A stretch of 64,000 nt of DNA, taken from the NCBI GenBank assembly GCA_951406725.2, contig OX597827.1, forward strand, positions 79,360,001 through 79,424,000. The letters run 5' to 3'. The stretch is from Octopus vulgaris (lineage: Eukaryota). Shown here piece after piece: positions 1 to 10,901 of the stretch. The notes under the pieces are model-generated. The model worked only from the letters and a program-made list of their open reading frames with translations, was not told where the DNA came from and did not search any database. Every line of letters starts with the position of its first letter. Positions within the stretch are counted from its first letter, which is position 1. The position numbers and the translations under genes were made by a program.

Positions 1-883
1 AACAGAAGCAAACTTCACTTTTTCTATTTAATAAAAACACTACATTACATATCTAATGTTAGGAAATAAGAGATTTGTATTAAGATATGAGATTTATAAT
101 ATTTCTTGATATTTAATGAGTTATTATTAACTTCACTATAAGAATACATATTCAGGATTTCTATCAGAAACAAATTGATTTCAGACTAAGTCACCAAAGA
201 TTTCATTTTTTAAGAAGTTTACATGATTAGAGGAACTGTAAAGAAAGTGAATCAAGAGGAATTACAATATTTTCAAATTAAAAAATTAAAACAAGTTTTT
301 TTCTTATAATTTCTACATTATACTTAATAAAATATAGAACTTTCGGAATTTCTAAGTTGGTAGTTTTAATATGTTACTAATATACATGACTACTTTATTG
401 GAATTTGTGTGAATCAACACTTATCTATGTATAATGATATCAATTAGTAAAATTTAAAATAAACTGAATATAAAAAGAAAAAAACAGATGGGAACAAAAG
501 ACAAAATGTCAATAAAGTAAATCAATGGTAGAATCTAGTATGATACTAATTGATGGTAGATTTGGTATCGAACTAAAAGATACTATACCTACAATTTCTA
601 GGATAAATCAGATTATTTTATGTTTAATAAAATGAGTACACTAAAACTGAGAGTAAAATAACTATTTTATAAGAACATAGTATGTTAATATAAAGTAGGG
701 TGTTTTGTAATATTTAATTTACCTCAGATGGAAATTAGGAGGTCATAATAGATGCCACTGTAAGGCCCTTTATGTGTGTGATGGGTGAAAGAAACATAGA
801 GTTGATATTTTTATATGAATATAAAGTATTGTATAAGATTTGGTGTGTGAGAGAATCATTTAACAATAGTCATGGGACATCTA

Positions 884-963
884 CTATGTTGGCTGTAGAT
901 AGGTATCTTGTATTTGTTGTCCCTTTAGTATTGTGGCTGCAACTGGATTGTCATTGGTATATT
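884..963 (-). CDS. Protocadherin copy 1, terminal coding exon (EYTNDNPVAATILKGQQIQDTYLQPT*)
   Basis: Acceptor ttttgcag| at 964/963. Phase 1 matches the preceding exon and the frame is open to TAG at 886-884. Near-identical in five array units. Confidence 0.8.
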
Positions 964-1127
964 CTGCAAAATATCAAATATACAAACACAAATTACATTT
1001 CAATATAACAACGCCAATACATAAACATAGAAACATTGATCTTATATTACACTAAGCATAACATTATGTATTGTCCTACAGCAATAAAGGCAATTACATT
1101 TATATGTTATGTTTTGATAAAAGTTAC

Positions 1128-1272
1128 CTGGTTCTGCAGGTATCTCATCATATGGTTTAGTCTTGCCGTTACTCTTGCTAGCTTCTCTGTCCTTTTGGGA
1201 TGTTAAGGTGTCACTGTTGTAAGACATAATGGAACTGGTGCGACGTTCTTGACTATGGATTGAATCACATCT
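1128..1272 (-). CDS. Protocadherin copy 1, 145-nt cytoplasmic exon (RCDSIHSQ...DEIPAEP)
   Basis: Acceptor tttctaatcaacag| and donor CCAG|GTAACT. Phase 0 in, phase 1 out. Repeated in every unit. Confidence 0.82.
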
Positions 1273-2003
1273 CTGTTGATTAGAAAACAGAGTGAAACAT
1301 AATGTTAAAAAGAGAAAAATATCTACATTTGCATTCTAGTATATTCCCTGTGTTATAGAAAAAAGGAACATTTTATTTTTCAAAATAAAAAATATTATAA
1401 TTAAATATTTTCTTATTTAATTAAAATGCATTAGAGTCAAAAATAAATCATAACAAATGTATAGGTTAGATATTAATGCACAAATTTTAAATATATCTAT
1501 TTGGTTAAGTATAAAATGAAGAAAAAATCATTGAATCTTTCACAAAATAAATGCAGTATATTTTTGTAATAAATCACTTAAATGTACAAAATACACGAAA
1601 TGGAATATAATATGTAACAAATACAAGGTTCGGCTGAACACTTCGTAGGCTCAACAAGATCCTCATATAGAATGTGACCAAACAAGGTTTATTTTGCAAC
1701 AAAATCACAGAAAAAGGGATCTTGCATTAATACAGGGTTAGATCACTCCTAATGAAACAGTCTTTATATTAAGAGTATTGTATTTCTATAATAAGCATTG
1801 TGACCGCTTTGCTATCACTAAATAAAGAATAATTAATTCAGAATGTCAAAATAAACTATGACGTTTGATTATTAAAAATAATACATGTACATTAGAATCT
1901 GAAGTTGATATTTTATAGAAATATTTGAACATACATCACTAATGGAAAGAATACTCTTGTATTTAAAATCAAAAGGATATCAAAAACATAAGATAATATT
2001 TAC

Positions 2004-4399
2004 CTGAGGCACAGGTGGAAGTCTCCTCTGTGTTGTTGAGAATTTCCACTCATCTGGTGTCTGTTCCATCTCCAGAAAAACTGACTTTTAGATTTTATTG
2101 TCTGAAGATTTCGGTTAAATATCTCTTCTGCATTTCTCGTTATTGCAACAGGATTGTTAGTCTGATACAGTAATTGTCTCATCTCAGTCTGAGAGAGAAA
2201 GTTGGGATTCTCTGCTGTTGTGGGTGAGTTATTTGTGTGATTAATACATCTGAAAACACACAGTGTTATGGACACTACAATAGCCACAGATAGTATTACA
2301 GCTGCTGCTACAATGATAATTACCCAAGTCATATTCAGGTCGTGACCAGACTGGAATGGCACAGCAGTCAACATTGGAGATGTATCATTACTAACAAACA
2401 GTGTTAGTATGATAGCAGTTGTTGCTGATTGAACTGGAGTACCACCGTCTTTCACTATAAACTGCAGCTCATATGTTCCTGCATCATTTTGGTAAACTGT
2501 GCGAGAGAAAGATAACACACCAGTGTGTGAGTTCACTGTAAACAGGTTTTTATCATTGGATCTCAGTATTCCATATGTGAGGAAAGCATTGTTTCCAGTG
2601 TCTTTGTCAGATGCTCTCAGAATTGTGATGTCCTTCTTACTGTGTGGATGGTAGTGGACATCGAGATTGTAAGGGTCATTATTAGGAAACGTAAAATACG
2701 GAGCATTATCATTTTTATCTAGAATCTCAATAACAATATTGGCAGTGTCATTGAGAGAAGGTGTTCCATTATCTTTCACTAAAACCTGGAACTTATAGAT
2801 GTCTTTCATTTCTCGATCTATTGATTGTGATGTAGAAATAAATCCATATTTGGTCAGTTGGAAAGGAATGTTATCATTGTTGTTATCATTGATGATAGAA
2901 TATGTAAGTTGGCCTCCATCTCCAAGATCAGGGTCTGTAGCATTGATGAAGCCAATAGGGAAGTCAACTTTCTGGTTTTCATAGGTGAGGAATTGGAATG
3001 TCTCTTTGGTAAAATGTGGTTCTACATCATTGACATCAGTTACTTTGACAGAGAAATATTTTTTACTTTCTAGTTGAGGTGACCCCATGTCATGACACAC
3101 AATAGATACTTTATAGTGGTCCCTTATTTCTCTGTCAAGATGGCCCTTAACAATCATTTTATATTCTTTAGAATCTATTTTGGCAAGTTTAAATTTATCA
3201 TGTTTTAAATCACAGATAACCTCACCATTAGGTCCACTATCGGTGTCAGTGACCATAACATAAGCTATAAAACTACCAATTTTACTTGCTTCTGAAACTG
3301 CTGCTGAACTCTCAGATAAAGGAGATACAAAATCTATATTTATCAATGGAGCAGTATTCTGGTTATTAATAATGTGAATCTGGACTTTGGTTAAAGAACT
3401 TAAGGGTGGATTTCCTCCATCTCGTGCTTCAATAAATAACTTATAAGACTGCATTTTAGTAAACTGAAAATTGTCATGTAAAAACAAATCTCCAGTTTTC
3501 TTATCTAACACAAAATATTTCTGGATATTTCGAGATGTTTTATGGTTGAAATGATAAGAAATCCTTCCATTGTCTCCAGAATCTTGATCTGTGGCTTTTA
3601 AAGTAAGAATTGGTAAATGTCTTTGATGTGAATTACTTACAGAGATGTTGTAGATTTCCTGTGGAAATACAGGTGTATTATCATTAACATCTGTTACAGA
3701 TATGTGTACTTTGAGTGAAGCTGTTTTTGGTGGGTTCCCTCCATCTTTAGCTTCTAGTATCAACATATAATAGTCTTTGAGTTCCCTGTCTAATCTATCT
3801 TCTAGAATTAGCGCAGGTATGAAAATACCCTTCTGTTTTGTAACAGAGAGTGAAAATGGTTCTCTTTTACTTTTCTTGATCATATATGTAATTTGGGAAT
3901 TTTTTATTGAAATATCTTCATCAATGGCATTTAGAAGAGTGATTTTAGTACCTTTAAAATCTCTCTCTAAAAACTTTATTGTGATTTCATTCTGTGGAAA
4001 TTCTGGAGAATGGTCATTAATGTCTTCTATTAATATTTTTATTTTGAGAATTTTCATAAAAGTTTCTTCTTTCCTCACTGCTACCTTAACTATTCTGGAA
4101 CATTCCTTGTTGTATGTACACAGAGACTCAGCATCCAGTGTTTGAGTAGTGTATAGTTTTCCTGAGTTGGTGACATTAAATAAGTGAGAACCACTCTCGA
4201 CTGTCCTTTGTAGTTGTGTAAATGTAATGAGAGTGTGTTGTTGATGTGTGAGAGGGTGTGATAAGTTGGAGTCAACAGCAATGTCTCCAATATAGGTGTG
4301 AGGACTGCCTTCTTCATTGACATGGTATATAATATCTATGGACAGTACAAGGGTGATCAGTAAATGTAGAAGACACAGTAGACCAATATATGCTGTCAT
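2004..4399 (-). CDS. Protocadherin copy 1, large exon: signal peptide, six cadherin repeats, TM, proximal tail; 1-nt deletion at ~2076-2080 shifts frame near the exon end
   Basis: Cadherin motifs (DINDHSP, LDRE, DVNDNTP, AxDxG), EC1 C-x5-C (CTYNKEC) typical of protocadherins, TM segment WVIIIVAAAVILSVAIVVSITLCVF, donor CCTCAG|GTAAAT. Length 2396 nt versus 2397 in copy 2. Confidence 0.93.
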
Positions 4400-4736
4400 G
4401 TCTGGGATTCTTCATCACATTTCAGCAGGAGAATTTGCTATAAAAGACAACAAATATTTAAACATTAAGTAGAATAAAATAAGTTAATTTGAAGTTATAA
4501 TAACCATTATATAAATGATTATTGTTTGTATGTCTTTTTCATGTGCTCTAAATAATTCAAAATGTTTCTTCTAATCTAACAAGCTAACTCACAATATATA
4601 GATGATGCCGCTTCTTTGGAAAAAGGCAGCAACCTTTCTGTGTTTAGAATTGCATTTAGAATGTTTTGGCATGACAAGTTTCATAATTTACTATTGAGAG
4701 AGTACTTAGAAAGGGACAACATCTTGATATTGATGT

Positions 4737-4935
4737 CAAATTATGGCACAAGGCTAGCAGTTTTTGGGGAGGGGTTAAGTTGCTTACATCGATCCCAGTG
4801 CTCACCTGGTACTTATTTTATTAACCCCAAAAGGATGAAAGGCAAAGTCAAACCTGGTGGAATTTGAACTCAGAATGTAAAGGCAGACGAAATACTGCTG
4901 AGCAGTTTGCTTGGTAAGATAATAATTCTAGCAGC
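4737..4935 (-). mobile_element. Degenerate SINE (same family as 56153-56378)
   Basis: Reverse-complement similarity to the 56153-56378 element (ggtacttattttattaaccccaaaaggatgaaaggcaaagtc...ggaatttgaactcagaa). Lies in a block absent from the copy 2 intron. Confidence 0.6.
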
Positions 4936-6288
4936 ATATTGCCTCACAGTAGATTGATACTGAAATATCACATCTTTGTTGACTCCATGAGTATCTGATG
5001 AGGATATTTCATTGAGATATTTTGTAACAAATGTTTAATCTTGTTCAGGCTCCATGTCTTCCTTAGAAACCATTTCAAAACAGACACGGAGCCTGAACAG
5101 CCTTTCAGCTGGTCAGTTCCTACCAAACCATCCAACCCATGCTAGCATGAAAAATGGACATCAAATGATGATGACAATGGTGATTAGATGTAATCAATTT
5201 ATAGTTAAATATTTAGAATTTAATCCACACTGTAGTTATATGTTGGAATATTAACTGATAATGCTGTTAATGATTCTATTTCTGGTTGAAAGAATAAATG
5301 TAATGCAAAACATATCTTTATATTGTAGAAGTGTGTGTAATACTTCTCTGTAGAAATATGAAACCAAGTTCCATTCCTCAATACACACACCAATATAAAC
5401 ACCTTCAGGCACACATATATATTACAGGCAAGCAAAACAGTCTATATTCTTCTGGATAGGTAACAACACTGGGTGGACGAAGTAAACATATTGGAGGTAG
5501 ACAAAAGGATAGATAAAGAAACTGAGGCAGTCAGAGAAGATACCAGAACAATTACAATTAGACTTGTCATAGACAACATGACTGCAGCCATTATCTCTTC
5601 ACTTAAACTGCAAACGAGAGGAACAGATGAACAACAGGATTGTTTCAATAAAACTCTCTTATGGATCATCATGATAACAAAATAAGTTTGTATTTCACAC
5701 AAAATATTTTGAATAAGAAAGCTAGACAAGATTATATTTATCATCCATTGTAATGATAATGAGGATGATGATGGTGATGAGGAACATTCTTTACTTAGTA
5801 TGCACGAAGGAATATATAATGGATATATATATATATATATATAGGGATATTACTAATGTTAGAATTCATAAATTATTAACAGCGTCTTATTGGCTATAAT
5901 CAATGTTTTCTGACAGTTAAATAAATGCACACACACACATACACGCACACACATATATCAGTTTGGACTATATTAAACAATTCTATATAAGATATATAGT
6001 TTAATATCCTTTGTATAATGTTGTCTTATGTGATTCTGACATTAAAAGGTGTAATCCAGATTGAAGTAATTGTAATACAATGACTACTACAGTTGTTGTT
6101 GTTGTTAATGGTGGCAGTGATGGCTAGATCTCTCGATCCTCCACTGTCCCAGTCCCTGTATATATACAACATGGCAGACATTTTAGATATTATCCTTACC
6201 CTGTCTTTCATTAGAAACACAAATAATATAAATGTTATAATGAATATGAAAAGATAATAAAGAGAAAGAAAGAGAGAGGGAGACTTAC

Positions 6289-6600
6289 CTGCATTGTTTA
6301 ATCCTTCACTGTAGTTGTGTGTGATGGATGATGTGTATCCTGCTGTAGTGTTCCACTCCAACTGCTGCTGCTGCTGTAGTGGTATTATAGTGGTACTGCT
6401 GCTGTTGTAGTAGTGTTCCCGTGTTACTGCAGCTGCTGCTGCTGTTCCTGTGTAACTGCTGATATAATAGTGTGACAGTTGCTGTATGTAGTGGGAGGTG
6501 AGATGTTAGCCAGATGCTGGTGTGTGCTAGTTACAACTCTATGTCCTCCACACACACACACACAATTGTGTGTATGATGAACAAAGAAAAAAGCTATCAG
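6289..6600 (-). other. Non-coding leader (5' UTR) exon of copy 1; 5' end approximate
   Basis: Consensus donor GCAG|GTAAGT at 6289. CAG/CTA-repeat-rich and near-identical in four units. Matching acceptor ttttatag| at 4437, 38 nt upstream of the ATG. Confidence 0.7.
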
Positions 6601-6688
6601 CCTCACTTTCAATATTGAAAGAAATATAGAAAATCTCTCTCATCCAATAGGAAATTACTGCAATGTTGTCTGTGTCACACAAACACAT
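6600..6688 (-). promoter_or_regulatory. Putative core promoter of copy 1 (CCAAT 6644-6648; 16-bp palindrome CTTTCAATATTGAAAG 6606-6621)
   Basis: Block almost invariant upstream of all four leader exons; similarity ends abruptly after cacacaaacacat. Confidence 0.55.
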
Positions 6689-7589
6689 CAAATAAAAGAA
6701 GTCATATTAATGACACAAAGCAGCATCACTTTTTCTTTTTAATAAAAACTCTACATTACATATTTAATGTTAGGAAATAAGACTTATATATATTTATAAT
6801 AATATTTCTTGATATTTGATGGATTATTATTAACTTGACTATAAGAATACATATTCAAGATTTCTATTAGAAACAAATTGATTTCATAGTAAGTCATCAA
6901 ACATAATTATTTAAGAAGTTTACATGATTAGTCAAACTAGAAACAAAGTAAATTAGGAGAAGCAAAACTATTTCCATTTTAAAAAGACACATGATTTTCC
7001 AATATGTTTTGTCATATTTCATAAAATATATAACATTTAAATCTTAACACTTAAAAAAACTTTATAAATATGTCGGTAAGTTTAGTATATTAACAATATA
7101 GGTGACAACCCTTTATTGAATGTTGTGGGAATCAACACTCATCCATCTATGCTGGTATTGATCAATAAAATTTAAAATACATTGAACATAAAGTGGTGTG
7201 AACAAAAGATGAAATGCAAATAAAATAAAACAATGGTAAAAGTGAGTATGATCTTATTAAATGGTAGAATTCATATCAAACTAAAATTCTATAACTAAAC
7301 TTCTGAGAATGATTCAGATTAAGTTGTGTATGTTTAGTGAAATGTATATACTAAGACTGAGAGGAACACAACTATTTCATAATAATAAACGTTGGTAATG
7401 CAGAGTAGGTTGTTTGTAGTATTTAACGTATCAATGCTGCAAATTAGGGGTCATAATAGATGCCAATGTAAGGCCCTTTATGTGTGATGTGTGAAAGAAA
7501 CATAGAGTTGATATTTTTATATGAATATAAAGTATTGTATAAGATTTGGTGTGTGAGAGAATCATTTAACAATAGTCATGGAACATCTA

Positions 7590-7669
7590 CTATGTTGGCT
7601 GTAGATAGGTATCTTGTATTTGTTGTCCCTTTAGTATTGTGGCTGCAACTGGATTGTCATTGGTATATT
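7590..7669 (-). CDS. Protocadherin copy 2, terminal coding exon
   Basis: Same acceptor, phase and TAG as copy 1. Confidence 0.82.
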
Positions 7670-7833
7670 CTGCAAAATATCAAATATACAAACACAAATT
7701 ACATTTCAATATAACAACTCCAATATATAAAGATAGAAACATTGATCTTATATTACACTAAGCATAACATTATATATTGTCCTACAGTAATAAAGGCAAT
7801 TACATTTATATGTTATGTTTTGATAAAAGTTAC

Positions 7834-7978
7834 CTGGTTCTGCAGGTATCTCATCATATGGTTTAGTCTTGCCATTACTCTTGCTAGCTTCTCTGTCCTT
7901 TTGGGATGTTAAGGTGTCACTGTTGTAAGACATGATGGAACTGGTGCGACGTCCTTGACTATGGATTGAATCACATCT
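7834..7978 (-). CDS. Protocadherin copy 2, 145-nt cytoplasmic exon
   Basis: Acceptor tttctataatcaccag|, donor CCAG|GTAACT, open frame. Confidence 0.84.
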
Positions 7979-8270
7979 CTGGTGATTATAGAAAAAGGAA
8001 TCTTATATCAATACAAGTTCAGATGACTCCTAATAAAACAGTTCTTATATAAAGTGTATTCTATTTAGATAATGAATATTGTATTTTGCTATCACAAAGA
8101 CATTAAAGAACAATTAATTCAGAATGCCACAGAAAAGCCAGAAATTTTAACCAAAGGAATGAAACATTTCATACACATGACAATCTGAAATAGATATTTG
8201 AAAGAAATATTTGAATGCACATCAATAATTGATTAAATACTTTTGTATTTATAATCGAAAGGATATTTAC

Positions 8271-10667
8271 CTGAGGCACAGGTGGAAGTCTCCTTTGTGT
8301 TGTTGAGAATTTCCACTCATCTGGTGTCTGTTCCATCTCCAGAAAAAACTGACTTTTAGATTTTATTGTCTGAAGATTTCGGTTAAATATCTCTTCTGCA
8401 TTTCTCGTTATTGCAACAGGATTGTTGGTCTGATACAGTAATTGTCTCATCTCAGTCTGAGAGAGAAAGTTGGGATTCTCTGCTGTTGTGGGTGAGTTAT
8501 TTGTGTGATTAATACATCTGAAAACACACAGTGTTATGGACACTACAATAGCCACAGATAGTATTACAGCTGCTGCTACAATGATAATTACCCAAGTCAT
8601 ATTCAGGTCGTGACCAGACTGGAATGGCACAGCAGTCAACATTGGAGATGTATCATTACTAACAAACAGTGTTAGTATGATAGCAGTTGTTGCTGATTGA
8701 ACTGGAGTGCCACCGTCTTTCACTATAAACTGCAGCTCATATGTTCCTGCATCAGTTTGGTAAACTGTGCGAGAGAAAGATAACACACCAGTGTGTGAGT
8801 TCACCGTAAACAGGTTTTTATCATTGGATCTCAGTATTCCATATGTGAGGAAAGCATTGTTTCCAGTGTCTTTGTCAGATGCTTTCAGAATTGTGATGTC
8901 CTTCTTACTGTGCGGATGGTAGTGGACATCTAGATTGTAAGGGTCATTGTTAGGAAACGTAAAATACGGAGCATTATCGTTTTTATCTAGAATCTCAATA
9001 ACAATATTGGCAGTGTCATTGAGAGAAGGTGTTCCATTATCTTTCACTAAAACCTGGAACTTATAGATGTCTTTCATTTCTCGATCTATTGATTGTGATG
9101 TAGAAATAAATCCATATTTTGTCAGTTGGAAAGGAATGTTATCATTGTTGTTATCATTGATGATAGAATATGTAAGTTGGCCTCCATCTCCAAGATCAGG
9201 GTCTGTAGCATTGATGAAGCCAATAGGGAAGTCAACTTTCTGGTTTTCATAGGTGAGGAATTGGAATGTCTCTTTGGTAAAATGTGGTTCTACATCATTG
9301 ACATCAGTTACTTTGACAGAGAAATATTTTTTACTTTCTAGTTGAGGTGACCCCATGTCATGACACACAATAGATACTTTATAGTGGTCCCTTGTTTCTC
9401 TGTCAAGGTGGCCCTTAACAATCATTTTATATTCTTTAGAATCTATTTTGGCAAGTTTAAATTTATCATGTTTTAAATCACAGATAACCTCACCATTAGG
9501 TCCACTATCAGTGTCAGTGACCATAACATAAGCTATAAAACTACCAATTTTACTTGCTTCTGAAACTGCTGCTGAGCTCTCTGATAAAGGAGATACAAAA
9601 TCTATATTTATCAATGGAACATTATTCTGATTATTGACTATGTGAATCTGAACTGCTGCAACAGATTTTTTGGGTGGCTTTCCTCCATCTCTTGCTTCTA
9701 TAAATAATTTATAAAACTGCATTTTACTAAACTGAAAATTATCATGTAAAAATAAATCTCCAGTTTTCTTATCTAAAACAAAATATTTCTGAATATTTCG
9801 AGATGTTTTATGGTTGAAATAATATGAAACCTTTCCATTTTGTCCAGAATCTTGATCTGTGGCTTTTAAAGTAAGGAATGGTAAATGTCTTTGATGTGAA
9901 TTACTTATAGAGATGTTGTAAAGTTTCTGTGAAAATACAGGTATGTTATCATTGACATCTGTCACAGATATGTGTACCTTCAGTGTAGCTGTTTTGGGAG
10001 GGTTCCCTCCATCTTTAGCTTCCAAGGTCAACATATATGAATCCTTTATTTCCCTGTCTAATTTGTCGTCTAGAATTAGTTCAGGTATAAAAATACCATC
10101 ACGTTTTGTGACAGAGAGAGAAAAAGGTTCTCTTTTATTTTTCTCAATTATATATATAATTTGAGAATTCTTTACTGAAATATCTTCATCAATGGCATTC
10201 AGAAGAGAGATTCTAGTACCTTTAGTGTCTCTTTCTAGAAATTCAATTTCAACTTCATTTTGTGGAAATTCTGGTGAATGGTCATTGATGTCTTCTATTA
10301 ATATTTTTATTTTGAGAATTTTCATAAATGCTTCTTCTTTCCTCACTGCTACTTTAACTATTCTGGAACATTCCTTGTTGTATGTACACAGAGACTCAGC
10401 ATCCAGTGTTTGAGTAGTGTATAGTTTTCCTGAGTTGGTGACATTAAATAAGTGAGAACCACTCTCGACTGTCCTTTGTAGTTGTGTAAATGTAATGAGA
10501 GTGTGTTGTTGATGTGTGAGAGGGTGTGATAAGTTGGAGTCAACAGCAATGTCTCCTATATAGGTGTGAGGTCTGCCTTCTTCCTTGACATGGTATGTAA
10601 TATCTATGGACAGTACAAGGGTGATCAGTAAATATAGAAGACACAGTAGACCAATATATGCTGTCAT
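8271..10667 (-). CDS. Protocadherin copy 2, large exon (799 codons; spliced product ~873 aa)
   Basis: Intact ORF with signal peptide, six EC repeats and TM. Donor PPVPQ|GTAAAT at 8271; acceptor at 10705. Confidence 0.95.
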
Positions 10668-10831
10668 GTCTGGGATTCTTCATCACATTTCAGCAGGAGA
10701 AATTGCTATAAAAGACAACAAATATTTAAACATTAAGTACAATAAAATAAGTTCATTTGAAGTTATAATAACCATTATATAAATGATTATTGTTTGTATG
10801 TCTTTTTCATGTGCTCTAAGCTCCATTCCTC

Positions 10832-10832
<1 letters not shown>

Positions 10833-10899
<67 letters not shown>
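10833..10899. repeat. (CA)n microsatellite
   Basis: Pure CA run; only about four units at the equivalent site in copy 1 (~5383-5390). Confidence 0.95.

Positions 10900-10901
<2 letters not shown>

Noticed and set aside
772-1008. Repeated plus-strand 76-95 aa ORF (also 7484, 27687, 35588)
   Set aside because: Antisense to the terminal exon and 3' UTR; its recurrence is explained by homogenisation, and it is broken in copy 3.
2799-4323. Small ORFs overlapping the protocadherin exons (and equivalents in the other copies)
   Set aside because: Shadow frames of the cadherin coding sequence.
5442-5744. Duplicated 70-111 aa ORFs on both strands (also 12126-12461)
   Set aside because: No recognisable domain or convincing splice sites; present in only two paralogous introns.
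6026-6612. ORFs over the leader exon (MEWNTTAG..., MKVRLIAFF...)
   Set aside because: Non-ATG starts, run through a splice donor or repeats, and frame-breaking indels between copies.
8169-8270. ORF extension beyond PPVPQ in the large exons
   Set aside because: Read-through into intron: conserved GTAAAT donor and unconserved downstream peptide.
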